From contig MU053559.1 of the NCBI GenBank assembly GCA_013239625.1, positions 3,598,607 to 3,662,606 on the forward strand: a DNA stretch of 64,000 nt, read 5' to 3'. This DNA is from Lama guanicoe (Eukaryota). The notes under the pieces were generated by a model. It was not told where the DNA came from, ran no database searches, and saw only the letters and a list, made by a program, of their open reading frames with translations. The stretch's first letter is position 1. Each line of letters begins with the position of its first letter. Below, in pieces: positions 13,101-27,244 of the stretch. The position numbers and the translations under genes are program-made.

Positions 13101-15369
13101 TGTCATTGAAACCTGTTGTTTTGTGAGGGAGAGGGCAAAATCAGAAAGCAACCTCAGGTAGGTTTGACCTTTCAAATGTTAGTCATGTGACCATAGTCTC
13201 TGTTTAATGGCATCTTAAATGTCATGTTCTAGTTAATTTCCACTTCCTGTTGGAAGCTTAAGCTCTCGATCTTACGTTAATCATCCCTTACCTGAGCCAT
13301 GTTCACTCTGGACTCATCATCCTCATTTCATTTATCAGAATTGCACAATGGTGAAGGTGTCCTTCTAGGTCCTTAGTTTTATTTGCTCTCCTTCCAGCCT
13401 AAATAATCCCCTCTTTGTGTTTACCTTGCAAATATTTCCAAAGATTCTTTTATAGTGAATTTGGAACCCTGACCTCATCTTTGGAGTTGGAGCTCCTTAT
13501 TTATTTCTGTGATCCCAGTTGGGTTTCTGTCTGAAATTGTGTCTTTATAATTATGTTTAGTTCTATTTCATTTCTTTGGGTTCTTTTCCAGTTTTTGACA
13601 TGAAAAGCAACAAGCTCTTTGGAAAAGTTTTGTTATCCAACAGGGCCTCTTTTTCAGATGACTTGCAGTAAAGTGAAGGATTAATAATTAAGTTAATGAA
13701 TAACCAAAGTTCCCTTGAAAATTTTGAGGAGGAAAGGCCACTGATGTAAATGAACAATGAAATCACATTCCTTTTTGGTTATTTAGAGTTTAAGGAAATT
13801 TTATTTTGGAGAGGTGGGAACATTTAAAAAGTAATACTAGCTGCAGAAATAATACATATTTATGGTGAAAATCTGTAAATTATAGAAAAGATCAGAAAGA
13901 AAATGAAATCATCTATAATTGATCCCCCTTAATAACATATTATGAATGTTTAATTGTGTCTTAAATATTCTTCTTACATATGATCTTGATAACTTTATAT
14001 TATTTCATATGATTGTATTTATTTACCACTCTTCTATTGATGAACATTGGTGTTTCCAAATTTCTGCTATTTTAAACAAATCTATTGTGAATATCCTTAT
14101 ACCTAAACCTTTGTGCATAATTATGAGTATTTATTTAAGAAATTTCTAGAAATAAGTGTTAGGAGTCTCTTTTTAAAGGCATTTAGTAATGATTGCAAAA
14201 TTGTCACACCAAAAAAGTCTTATCAATTTAAGGTGGAATTTTAATAGTGAACTTTTTAGTTACTTCAATAGGAAACCAGTATTTTTCCCTCTCTGACACA
14301 AAACAGAGAAGACCACGGTTCTTCACCAGTTTGGAGCTGTAATTTAATGAAATTGTTGGTATTCGTTTTTGTAAACTATCTTGAGTTTTTTAAAATTTCA
14401 GTGGTGGCACTTTTTACAATTCATGCTTTGTGTCTACCATTATTTACTAGGAATATATTTTTTTATAGTGCTTTAGAATTTTTTGAATCCCATTTAGCCT
14501 GTGCTTCTGGAAGTTGGACATCATTAATGAGATAATTCTGTTGCGTCTCAGTACAGAAAAGAAAAAAGAATAGTCCTGTAGCAAACCATTTTCTATGATT
14601 AATTATTTTTAGCCATCTAGATAAGACGTGAATATGGCCTTTGTCCACAGTCTATTGTAAAAGCTGATCAAACAGCTCTTTCATGTTTTACATTTTAATT
14701 TCCTCTCCAGTTTGCATTCAAATCCTGGGTTAGATTTTGGTTTATTTAGGAGTCTCAAAAGATATCGTTGGCTGTTTCAGAATTGCCCTTTCATGCTATG
14801 CCAGTTAAAGTGAAACAGCCCTAGTTAAGCACTGATGATAGACACACCTGAAGGCGTACACTCAAATGACTTATCCTCATTTCATTGAAAGTGTGTTCTT
14901 ATTTTGTTGTTTCTGCATGGGAGAAAAAGGAGTCAAGTTTGCTCATCCGTTGATTCGTGCATTCATTGAGTAAACCCTTTTCGCGTGCCCTATTTACCAA
15001 GCATTGGGCTAGGTGTGGGAATACACAGATGGGTAATACATGTTTCCATCTTTGAAGGGTACACCAAGCAGAGGGAGTCACCTACCGCTACATACAGGTG
15101 AATGCTCTGAGGGGTGGTGGAGGCTGGAAAAGGCAACTGCAGCTGGTTCACATGACACAGAGGAGAGGAGGCTGGCAGCTTCACCTCAGGGCCTCAGAGG
15201 ACCTGAAGACTTGGTGATAGGATTTATTGGAGTGAGAAGTAGCCAATTCAGATATTCTTGCTTGAAGTATAGGTTTAAGTGGTTGAAACTTAAATCTACA
15301 TTTAATATACACGGGGCTTTGAGATTTCAGGTTTCATCTTCTTAACTTTGACCCTAAAGTGACAACGAA

Positions 15370-15741
15370 CGTAGTGGATGCTGTAGTGGGCTGCCCAAGC
15401 CCCCGCGGGGCAGTTATTGACCCACCTGCTGAGAGCGTTGCCTGCTGCTGGTTCACAGCTGAGTCCCTCTCTCGAAATTGCCCTCGACCGAGGGGAGCTG
15501 ACTTCCCTGCAGCAGACGTGGGGGTATAGAGACTAGACCCCCTTGCCAGGGCCATCTCAGCTCTGGAGCTCCCTGTAGGATTGACTAAAGCCATTGTTGT
15601 GACCGCATCTCAGTTCAGCTTCTCCCTCTGCCCAATCCTGTTTCCCTTACTTTTTTTTTTCCACTCCTGTTGAACCCCGATAAAGCTTTCTAGATGCAAA
15701 TCAGTTTCAGAAGCTTCTTGCCATGGACCCTAATCTAGACA
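15370..15741 (+). mobile_element. Old ERVL LTR (LTR16-like)
   Basis: ccatctcagctctggagctccctgtaggattg...ttctccctctgcccaatcctg... ending ...ctagaca; family from recall. Confidence 0.55.
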
Positions 15742-18700
15742 GATGATAATCGAACAGCATTTTTGTTCTGCACATCATAAGATATTCTGACCACAGAGCT
15801 TCAGTCAGTTGGAGATGGAGGAGGCCATTAAAGGACTGGGCATTTTCCAGGATGCAAGAAGCCAACAGGGCTGGGGAGGGTGCTGAGCTTTATCAGTTCT
15901 GGATAACCTCTCTTAGGTGCCCTGTGGGTCCCTGGAACAGGGGTGGAGGATGGAGGCTGAGCGCTACAATGGTCCAAACAAACTCTGGGCAATTCACTTC
16001 TTCTCTCACTACTCTGTGGGCTAATTTAGAGTTGAGATTCATGCCCTCTGATCTAGAATTGCTATAAATGTGGGTTTCTTCCTTTACTGGAGAAATCTGT
16101 GGCAGTGCAGCCAAAGGATAAACTGTGAAACACATATCCCTAACCTATGAAGACTGGATGATACAGACAGGAGCCATCCATCTATTCCAGGCTACCATTT
16201 TGGATCCAGCTCAGCTTCTGGGTTCTTAGCAAAATGGTGCTGTTGGTGTGGACCACTATTCTTCCCCTAATCCTACAGCCATTTCATGCAGCTTTCCTTA
16301 GGATTTCTCACAGGGAATTGAAGATATTGAAAGTGAAAGTAGAGGTAAAAATAGAGGATGGAATCCCAGATGGACAAGGGAAAAAGTGAGGCTGTGGCAG
16401 GGCTGTTGGTAGTATTTGAGTGGAAAGGTTAATAAACTGAGGTTCTCTGGTTAAAGGATATTCATCTTAGATGGATTTGAGCACGTAAACTAGGAGGATA
16501 GAAGATCAAGATGGCAAGGGAGTGAGCTGTCGAGTTTTGACAGGTAATCATTTGCTTGTACGTCTTGGCAATGACCATTAATTGTGTTTAAATGAGTTGC
16601 AACATTTTGACTCATCATGACCAGAGACAGGATTCTCTGTGTGATTCAACACATGATTTAAAAGCCAGAAAAAATAATGTCGTTTTTAAAAATAGTAGTC
16701 TGCTGCTGGTTTTATGGTTGAGCAGAAGAGACAACTATTCATTTAGTCCAAGTTTAGGAATGACTGGAAGGCTCTTCTGCCGGATTGAGAGAGGCAGGAA
16801 TCCTGTGCTTTGGGTCCCGAAGATTCTAAGTAGAGGTCTTTGTTCAAATTGCACGCACACAGCACTGGGAGGGGTAACCCCTCCACTGCTGACTTGTGTA
16901 TGACTGATGCACAGCAGAATGGGGAGGGGACCCAAAGCAAGGTGCTCCGGGCCCAGCAGTGCAGAGCAGCTGGGAGACAATGAAACACTTCCGACCGGCT
17001 CATTTTGAGGAAGATGATTAGAAAAGCATTAAAAAGAAAAAAACCAAAAGGCAAGTGCTATACACAATTCAGCACTGTATAAAGTCCCAGCACACTGGCC
17101 CATTCCATACAGAGAGAGAGAGAGCCTGTCCTTCCCGTGCCCCCCAAACTAAACGTTTCAGAGCTAGACTGTTAACGATGGTGGCATGAACACCTTGAGG
17201 ATTCTGTTCTCTAATTGAAAATGACGAAGCGTATTACTTATGGAAATGTCTGTAAAAAGAAATTGGGGGTTAGTTTTTCATCCTGTGGTTCAGCCTCTTA
17301 GATTTACTATCTGCTGGAAGATCTTGGCTGGCAGCGTGCCAATCTCTCTCTGGCCGTCTGCTGCTAGCCCTTCACTTAGAAAAACATCACGTGAGGGCCT
17401 TGTACGTGCCAGGTGCTAGGGATGAACAATCAGGAAACAGTGCCAGCTTAACACATGCACACACGCAAGAAACGATGGGAAGTTACATTTCTTGTGCCTG
17501 TTGTTGATCGATGCACAAAAATGTCCTCTTCAAATGAAAGAGACCTCCGCGTGCTTTTGAAGAGGTCACCTTTGGACCAAATCAGGATAGATGCAAAGAC
17601 AACTTTGATTTTGGTTTCCAAGCGTTGTGTCCTCTGCTAGCTAGTTTTCGTCTGACTCAGAGGTGGTGTGCTATTTCGGGCCTTATGAGGGGTAAGTGGA
17701 ATGTCATAAGTGCCTTTTCTCTGATCAGAAATTGGGTTGCAGGCAGGAACAGTCACAATCTGAAAAGAAATCACATGGTTCGTCCTAGTTGATAAAAGGC
17801 AGAACATTCAAAATACACTGCCTGTGATCTGAGTTTCTCCTCTTGATTCTTTTTTTCTCTGATTTCAGGAAGAATATGTCCAAAGGGAAATGAGTTTTCA
17901 GTAGATAAATCAGTCTGCCGATCTGCAATACTGAGCTTCCAGTGGACAGGTCTGAAAAATGGGGAAAGGTACAAAGAGGCTGAGCTGGCTATGAGGTAGA
18001 GGAGGCAAAAACATTTTGCGTGCAAAAGAAAAATCATTTGGGGCTTATGTTTGTTTTATTTCTGGGTTTTAGTTGGTGAGCAGAACACTATGAGAAGCTG
18101 ATGGCAATGAGAAAGCATTTTTTTTCTCCTACTTTGTTCTTTTAAAGGTATATTTCAGTAAACAGGTATCTTTTAAATCTGCCTTCCTTTCCCACAGATG
18201 AATTCCTTTGAAAGGAGTTTGTAGGTTTAAAGATTGCATGAGAATAAGTTTAAAACTGATCTTTAAGCTTCAACACATGAGTGAATTTTGAATTCCCAAT
18301 GAATAGATGTGTGTGTGTGTTAAAATATTTGAATACTTTTTCTTAGAAAATAGGGATTTTTAAAAAGTGTTAGCAATTAGAATTTCAACCAGTCTGCAAA
18401 CCATGCATTGTATATATAAATTCGTGGCGTTCTTTTTCAATATTTTTTAAATACAATGGATGAAGACCCCAATAACCATGAAAAATGCTGCCTGAAAGTA
18501 ATTTGTAAAGTGAGAGCTTATTCAGTCTTGCTGGGGAAACAATTGCAGCTACGTGGGAAGAACAAACAAAGGACATGCATGACATATAGTAACAAAAATA
18601 TCTGCCCGATATTTCTAAAGGACCTTGGTTACATATCATTCGGCACATGTAAGAAGGGCAATATTGGGGGGTTTTTTTCCCTCCACAAATACGTCCCTCC

Positions 18701-19169
18701 TACAAGGTGGCATGCGCAATATACTGATTTGTATAATTTTACATGAAGTGGAAAGTTAGAAAGAGATGGAGTGTGGAGACACACTGAGAGCTTTTGTTTC
18801 TCTCACACTGTTACTTGCCTAGTGGAATACTGTCTCCTATATCCTTGGCTTCTGAGCCTCATGGTACAGTGCAGTAGAAGGGTGTTCGGGCCCTGTGAAC
18901 TGCTATTTAACTAATACTGTTTTCCAAAATAGTTCCTACTGTCTCAGAAAAGATTTTTCAGCTTCTCGCGCTAGGTATTAACTAGGCATTTTAAAACGTC
19001 ACTTCTCATCACTCCCATGATTCTACAGTTTCCTGCTGCCCTCCTGCCTCTCTAGCTGCTCCTTGAGTCTCCTCTGCCTGCTTCTAACTTGTTTTTCCTC
19101 CAGTGTTCCCGGTTTGGGGAAACAGAGCCACCTTCAGACCAGTTTTCAAGTCCAGACCCTTGACATTGG

Positions 19170-19591
19170 TAGCAGATATTGGAAGGCACCCACTCGCTTC
19201 TGCTGAGACCTGTGGCTCTTGACTGCTGCAAGTCTTTGCCTGAGGGCTTTCTCTGGCCACTGGAACCCCTGTAGGCTTCCACTAAGGACTGGCCAGCAAT
19301 GGGGTGGGGTTCATGCCCCCAGGAGCAGCCATCTTCCTGGGACTGGCCTGAAAAGTTGCCTCTTAGTTGGAGTCACCAAGGTGTGTTCCACACAGTCTCC
19401 CAGAGATCCTGAGGGGGATCGAGCCCCAGTTGCTCACAGTGACATCCTGCTGAATACTGCACCTTTATTGCCTGCCTTCCCTTCCGTGTATTACGTCCCC
19501 AGAGTCCTACCAGGGCTTCTTGAGGTCACCTCCCAAATAAACTAGCAGCATCCAACTCCTTGTTTCAAGGTCTGCTTTTGGATACTAGACA
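19170..19591 (+). mobile_element. Old ERVL LTR (LTR16-like)
   Basis: gagccccagttgctcacagtgac...cacctcccaaataaacta...tcaaggtctgcttttgg...aca; AATAAA and terminal CA. Confidence 0.55.
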
Positions 19592-19780
19592 CTTTCTTCT
19601 TTTCTCCTTTTCTTATTCCTAAAGCCCTATTCCAGTTTCAAAATAGAACTTGGACCCATCTACCTCACCATCTCCATACCCCTCCTGACCTGGGGTTCCT
19701 CAAGTAGACCAAAATAGTTCTCAGAATCTGCTCTTCATGTCTCCATCATTTGGTCCAGTCCTTGGCCAATCTGTTCTTTT

Positions 19781-20113
19781 TCTTTTTTCTTTTTTCTTGT
19801 GATAAAGTATATGCAACATAAAATTTACCATTTTAACCATTTTAAGTGTACAGTTCAGTAGCATTAAGTACATCCACATTGTTGTGCCACCATCACCACC
19901 ATCCATCTTCAGAATTTTGTCATTACACTAAATTGAAATTCTGTCCACATTAAACACTAACTCTTCTCTCAGCCCCTAGTAACCTCCATTCTGTTTTCTG
20001 CCTCCATGAATTTGACTATGCTGGGAACTTCATACAGAGTGGGAGCATACAGCATTTGTCCTATCGTGTCTGGCTTATTTCAATTATCGTAATGCCTTCA
20101 AGATTCATCCATT
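19781..20113 (-). mobile_element. Old L1 (L1MB/L1MA-like) 3' end
   Basis: T-rich tail then aacataaaatttaccattttaaccattttaagtgtacagttcagtagcattaagtacat..., a typical antisense L1M 3' UTR. Confidence 0.75.
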
Positions 20114-22205
20114 CAGTCCATTCTTACACTAAAGGATGAATAATATTTTCTTAGTGGGAAAAATCCAAGTGCGATGTTTTAAAGCTACAGGAAATCTTTA
20201 CTGTCAGAAGTGATGCGCCCAAAGTTGTCCAAACACAAAGCTAATTACCAATCGGTCTTCACCCCATCCCAACTCTCCTGAGGTGACCTGTGTTAACAGC
20301 CTGGTGTGTATCCTTTGAGACTTTTCTCCTGGAAGGACAGTCATTCTAAAATATAAATCTCATGAGGTTACTCCTGTTACACCCAAGATACCAGAAATTA
20401 ACACAACATTGTAAATCGATAATTTGTAAATCGATTGATCATTCAATCAAAAAAAACCCCAAAAAACAAAATCAAAAGTCCAAAATGATGACTGTGGCCC
20501 AGACACACTGCAGACCTGAGCCCCGCCTACCACGTAGGAGGCTGATCTCCTATTATCTACCACGGTCTCTGGCCTTTGTACTTGCTTTTCATATGGGTCT
20601 CTTCCTAGCGCTCCTCCTTCCCATCTCCTGCTTTAGTAACTCTTGATCATCTTTCAGAATTTCTTTTAAGACTCACTTTTTCGGAGATGTCCTCATCTGA
20701 TAGCCTTCTGCACGTTACCCTACACTGCCAGTTCTCCCTTCTTGTGGAGCCTTGTTTTATCCCTTTCCTGCCCTCCTGGGGATAAACTCCAGGAGGGCAG
20801 GTGCTCTGTCTTTTTAGCATCTAGCTCAGTGTCTCCACCTAGTAGGTCCACAGTAAATATTAATCGGCTTATTAAGTCTTTCTCCAAAAACTGAGTTTAG
20901 AACTTGGCGTTTTAAATTGCATTTGTACCCTTCTTGTTTTGTCCCTGTTTTCGGAGTTATTTCATATAGTTGTTATGACGAGTTAGGAACTATTAAACCA
21001 CCTAGTTGCCTGACAAAATTCTATTGTTGATGAAGGGGCTGTCCTGGTTTTCCCTGAGTCCTCTCGCCCCATTTTCCGACATCCATGTCCCAGCATTTAT
21101 TTGACAGCAGCTATGGCTCTAATCTACCATAATACAGGCCACAGTCCCCTTTCTGCATTTCCTAAATGCCCCAGAGCTCAGAGAATTGGAAGTGTTTCCT
21201 GCAGCTTTCAGCAAGAGCTGATGAGAACTGATGTGTCTGGTTTGCTATTAGTGGTAGCAATAATAATGCAGGTAATTGCATTGGGGCTATTACATAATAT
21301 AATGCCTGCATACTGTTTTGTCTCTAAAATCTGAAAAAAATTCAAAGTTCTGAAATGCATTTGGTGCCCAGAGTTTCAGATCAGGGACATCCTTAAAAAT
21401 ATAAACTAAGAGGATGGTGTATTTTGGAAAATATAATACCTTAAATGACACAGTTGTGTGCTAGTTCTGCCCATCCTGGGGTGTTTGTGTGTTAGTTGGT
21501 GGGTTTTTGCTTAGAAACACCATTAGTTCATTGTTCTCAGGAAAGACCCAACTCTTCTCAACAAAATTTTCAGCCAAAAAAATTAATATATTGGAGTCCC
21601 AACAAAGTTTCTCGATTTTATGCTTTCAATACATTGATGACAGTGCTTCCATGGTGTCTGTGTTTCTGTCCCTCTAAGTAGGACCGTCATGCCAGCTGAA
21701 CCCCAGAGGACATGAGGGTTTCCTGCTCACCAAATCTTGGCTAATTCTGGAACTTTCCATCTGCTAGTCTCTGCCAGCCCCAGTTGTCCCTGCTCTGCTC
21801 CCCTGAAGCCCTCGTTGCTGTTTCCATGGGCTGGAGAAGCTGCAGTTGCCCCATCCACAACACTGCACTGGGACAGGCTCCTTCTACACCTGTAGGCTGA
21901 GGTCCCAGAATCCTCTCTCTCAGCCCCCAGAGAAGACAGTGGGCCCAGAGACCCCTGCTCCAAAGGCCACCGCACTTCCCATACAGCCTGGTATGCAAAG
22001 ATGTAGTTACTGTGACAATTTAAGGAAACACAGCGTTATTTGTAAACACAAGTCAACAAACTCTAATTCTCAATCTCTCTCTCTGTGTTGGCTAAACCTA
22101 TAACTACAGAGATTTTCTTTTAATAACCTGACCAATGATCAGTTCAGATCTTTCTAGTGGAGCAAGATATGAATATTACTTGAGAAAGGAAGAAAGAGTA
22201 ACACG

Positions 22206-22575
22206 TATCTTGCCTTGGTTTCCCCTAGAAGCTGACCCTCAGACAGACTGTGAGTGCAAGTCATTTATTTGGGAAGTGATCCCAGCAAATCCCTGAGAGG
22301 TTTGGAAGCCTAGAGGAGGTAAGGAAGTCAAAGGGTGAATTTTCAAGCCTGTTTCCACTGTGGGTGACTCAGGCGCATCCCTGCTGGGGACCCCGGGGAA
22401 GACAATGTAGGATGCTCCTTAGTTATCCCCGCCGAGTTGTGAGGCAGCTGGGGTACCTCATTGGTTTAGGTGGCAGCTGCTGCCAGAAGCAAGCCCTTGG
22501 GCAGAATCAGTCATGGGTTCAAATAGAAATGCATGAAGAGGGAATATGAGTGGGGCATGACAACACCGGCTACAG
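22206..22575 (-). mobile_element. Old ERVL LTR (LTR33/LTR16-like)
   Basis: ggtttcccctagaagctgaccctcagacag...gagtgcaagtcatttatttgggaagtgatccc is a reverse-complement U5/poly(A)-signal end of this class. Confidence 0.5.
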
Positions 22576-22659
22576 CATCTTTCCTTAAAACCTCAAAATA
22601 ACTTTAAAAGGTAATGATAATAATTAGAAACCTTATCGAGTTCTAAAATTTCGGCTTAA

Positions 22660-23730
22660 GTTTTTAAAATAACAGCTTTATTGATATAGATAATTTACAT
22701 ACCATACAATTCACTCACTTAAATGTACAATTGAATGACTTTTTAACATAGTCACGGGGTTGTATAATCATGACCCCAATGTAAATTTTTTTTTCAGAAC
22801 GGAAAACAGCCACTTTATTTTTTTTAATTGAAGTATAGTTGATTTACAGTATCGTATTAGTTTCCTATGTACAACAAAGTGATTCAGTTATACATACACA
22901 CACACACACATATATATTTTTCAGATTCTTTTCTATTATAGGTTATTATAAGATATTGAATATAGTTCCCTGAGCCATACAGTAGTTCCTTGTTATTTAT
23001 CTATTTTGTATATAGTAGTTGGTATCTGCTTATCCCAAACTCCTAATTTATCCCTCCCCCACGTAACCATAAGTTTGTTTTGGATGTCTGTGAGTCTAGC
23101 CAGTTCTGTAAATAAGTTCATTTACATGATTATTTTAGATTCTACATGTAGTGATAGCATATGGTAGCTGTCTTTCTCTGTCTGGCTTACTTCCCTTCAT
23201 ATGATCATCTCTAGGTCCATGCACATTGCCCCAGTATAACTTTTGAACGTTTTTTTCTCCCCTAAAGGAAACTCTGCCCCCATTAGCAGTCACTCTTCAT
23301 TCCCCTCCACTACCACCGCCACTACCCACCTCGCCCCAGCCCCTGGCAACCACTAATCTACTTTCTGACTCTAGATATTTGCTTGTTCTGGACATTTCAT
23401 ATAAATGAATCATACCATACCTTTGTGTCTGGCTTCTTTCACTCAGCAGAAGGTTCCTCCGTGTTGTGGCAGGCATGAATGCTTCATTCCTTTTATGGCA
23501 GAATAGTATTCCATTGTATGGATAGACCACATTTTGTTTACCTGCTCTTTAGATGATGGACATTTGGGTTGTTTCCACTTTTTGGCTGTTGTGGACAGTG
23601 AGAACACCACTATGAACATTTGTGTACAAATATTTGTGTGGACATATGGTTTTCATTTCTCTTGGGTAGATATGTAGGAATGGAATTGCTGGGTCATGTG
23701 GTAACTCTATGCTTAACCTTTTGAGAATCA
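22660..23730 (-). mobile_element. Old L1MB-like 3' end interrupted by a younger L1
   Basis: aacagctttattgatatagataatttacataccatacaattcac start; resumes after 23239 with L1 3' UTR and ORF2 C-terminal remnants (ELPHDPAIPFLHIYP, 23549-23731). Confidence 0.75.
22785..23228 (-). mobile_element. Nested artiodactyl-type L1 3' end with an extra 3' tail
   Basis: aattgaagtatagttgatttacag... L1 3' UTR; flanked by a degenerate TSD ccccaatgtaa (22774-22784) / ccccagtataa (23229-23239). Confidence 0.75.
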
Positions 23731-24322
23731 TCGATTTTAAAATGTCACCTTCAGTGGTTTTGTGGATACCATGTGGTCAGGGTGCACTTAGAACCTTGGT
23801 ATTTTGTGTTGCCTTCTGGGAAGAGAAGAAGTTGAATGTATTAGTCCAGGAGACTGGGAGACGACAGTGGGAGCCTCTGGTCGTCACAAAGGCACGTGTG
23901 TAGAGGTGCGGACCAGCTGAGCTGCCTGCTTCTCCCATATGCTTTTCCCACATGGTTGGGGCTGGAAGAGAGAGATCCTTGGGGCAAAATGCCTCAACAT
24001 TCACATGAAAACCCTGACTAAAGAAAATATTTACATGTATATTTAAGTGTATGCTTATATATAAAATGTGTATACATGAATATATTTATGTGCACATTTA
24101 GGTATTATATTTAACATATAATAAGTCTTTTCCTTAGTTATAGCTTTCCTATGGACACTGGGACACTTTAGTTGGCCCATGAGCCTGGAATACAGATCGG
24201 GTTGCCAAATTCAATCCCTTAACTGGCGAACAATAATTGCATTGTATTCATCGGTTTAAGAAAGCACAATATAAGCAATGTTATTAAGTTCCAAAATTTA
24301 CAGGCTAATCTAATAAAGATGT

Positions 24323-24444
24323 TTGTTTTTGAGGCGGGGCAGGTAATTAGGTTAACTTATTTATAGAGGAGTAACTGAGGATTGAACTCAGGACCCCGTG
24401 CATGCTAAGCATGCGCTCCACCACTTGAGCTGTATCCTCCTTGC
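24323..24444 (-). mobile_element. vic-1-type tRNA-Ala-derived SINE
   Basis: Reverse-complement tRNA-like head with A/B boxes and cctaattacc tail; perfect 16-bp TSD aatctaataaagatgt at 24307-24322 and 24445-24460. Confidence 0.88.
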
Positions 24445-26595
24445 AATCTAATAAAGATGTATTTGTGGTGTTCAAAGAAAAAGCAATGAAGGGAAACAGC
24501 TCCTAAGCCTTGAAAAACTAATGTACATCCTTCGCTCCTTTCCCCAATCTGATCATTAGGTTGTGATTGAAGTAAATTTCATAAAATATCAAGTCGTTGA
24601 GTTGATTTTTATTTGATTTACAGCTGACCTTTGGGAAAGCATTTCCATCAATTTATTTGCATACAATTATTCTTCTGAAATAGGGAGTGCAACATACAGG
24701 CAGATAGAGTGTGATTTATAGAGAAGTTTCACAATTATGTGACTCTAAGTGCTTAATTTGAGGTCTCTGAAAAGTATAAATTTGTAACAAAAAGTCAATC
24801 ATTTATACAGTGAATTCTAGAAATAGTCTAATAAATGAAACTACTCATGTAGCATCACGACTATTGAAATTTTTACTAATTCTGGATGAATTATTTTCGT
24901 AAGTTCCTTTTTAAGTCTTATCATCCGAAAGACAACCACTCTTAACATTTGGGTATATTTTCTTTCAGCCTTTTTTTCATGCATTTGTTTGTTTTCTCTG
25001 CATGTGTGTCACACATTTATATTTATAATCATTTGTTCAGACACAAATTGATATCTTTTCACCTGATATTAAAACAGAAGCATTTCCCACATCCTTACAG
25101 TCTTTATGAACACAAGTTAATAACAAATAAGCTTACCGTAGCTTACTTAACTAATACCAGATTATTGGACCTTATGTGTTATGTGTGTGTGTTATTATAA
25201 ATGATACTGCACTAAAGAGCTTTAGAAATAATATTTTTCCACATTTGATATTATTTCTTGGAATTGAATCATAAAGTAATAATTTCTGATTTAAAGATAT
25301 AGACAGTTTAAAGGTTTTGACAAATACTGCCAAATTGCTTCTCTCAAATATTTTACCAATTACTATCCTAGCCAGCTTTGTTTCATCACATTATTGGCAG
25401 CATTTAATATCATCCTTTTTTATTCAATCTTTCTCAAATGGAGAGGGAAAATGATATTTCTCAGTTTCTCAAATTGAGAGGTGAACATGGTTGTTTTTAA
25501 TTACTAGCAAAGTTGAACATTTCTCTTGCATCTATTATTCAATTACATTTTCTGGGTGAACTACTTTTATTTCATTTTTTTTCTTAACTTGTGGTTAGGA
25601 TATGGGGTGGGATCTATTTTTCTTTTTTAATATACCAGTATTTATGTCTATGTTTCTGAGCTGATAAGTAACTAGAAACCTTTTAGCCAAGATATTTGAA
25701 TGCTCTTTGCTTTCTAATGCATTATGCCCTTCTAATGCATGTAGTCTTCCGTGAGCCTCTCGACCGCTTTCAGTGTACACATTTCACACCCAGGTGTGTG
25801 GCCAGTAGCCATGGGATGATTGTGATATTGTGATTAAAAAGGCTTAACCCAATAAGTAGGCTTCCTTGTACATGTTTTCCTTATGGTATTATTCTATGCC
25901 AAATTCGTGCTGTCACTCTACCACTTTTACAAACCTCCAGGGGAACGTAGTGGTTTCAAACTTCGCCTGTGCTAAGGTGACTCCCAAAGGGCTATATATT
26001 TTCAGCGAAAGTCAACAAATGGGAAAATAAATTAACAACTTCTGGCTTTGTAGTTGGGTCAGTTATGAGAGACAAAAGGAACTGGGAAAGTATGGGATAC
26101 AGATGGACATAGTAAGACAGAGCTAAGAATGTACATGGAGACCTCCACAAAGATATACACACACAACAAAACACAAAACAACACACACACACACACACAA
26201 AAGATATATATATTGTAAAGGAGCCCCAGAAATAGACTTATTGAATTGAACAGAAATCCAGAGGGACAAAGGGGCACAGAGGAACATCACATCACAGCAT
26301 AACTTTCCAGGCTTAGAATTTTGTTACTAAAGACTGTTAAATATATTTTTGCCACCGTGGGCTTAAGTGGTGACATTGGCATTTTCAGTTCCATGTGCTC
26401 CTTTGTCTAGGAGGAATTTGTCAAGGATTGCAAGACCTCCGGGTCTGGATTATACCTCCTTTTAACAAGATAGAACGGGCCTCTCCCATTAGGAGTGGCT
26501 TCGCCTTTCAACTTGGAATGCAGATTGATATTGCAATTTGGGGCTATGCCCAAAGCTTCGGAGTACAGAGAGTTTGTTTAAGGCATTTAAAAGTA

Positions 26596-26630
26596 CACAC
26601 ACACACACACACACACGCACACACACACAC
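26596..26630. repeat. (CA)n microsatellite
   Basis: Direct reading. Confidence 0.95.
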
Positions 26631-27244
26631 TATTTCTGCTACAGCATAATATTAAAACACATTTAATGTATAAGAAATTTTGGTAAGCAGTTAGTGCAAC
26701 ATAGACCAGGTACCTTTCTGTTCCACAATCTAATGGTGCAGGTTGAGGATTTAAATGCCCCACAAGAATGAACAATTTTAAAAGCCTTTAAAATATCAAA
26801 TGCTCAAGTGACCTTCGGCTGAGAAAATAGTTTAATTTTCTGACCAGTTCCCAGATTGTGTTATTGATTAAAGGGAACTCTAGAATTTAGATGTGAGGCA
26901 GACAGGTTGTGGAGCTGACATTGTATTGTTAATATTTGGCGACCTGTTTGAATCCTTGTCTGGGTGGAAGACTCCATTTCTCTATGGGTGCTTCTTCCCT
27001 TGCAGATGTTTTGTATTAAATTTGTGATTTAAAAGAATTCTGGAACAGAAAATTTAGGGTTTTTAAATTTTAAAGGGCACTTGTGATCAGATGGTCACAC
27101 TGACATTAAAATAAATTTTGTGATACATCAGATTTTGAGTAGAAATACATTCTGAGGAACCCACTAGAGTATGTTCTTTGCAAAACGAATCACTCTTCAT
27201 CTTTGCAGCTGAACTTATTGACTTGTCTGTGTTGTTTCACGCGA

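Noticed and set aside
21667..21985. GC-richer segment that may be an old LTR
   Set aside because: I could not assign termini, TSD or family with confidence.
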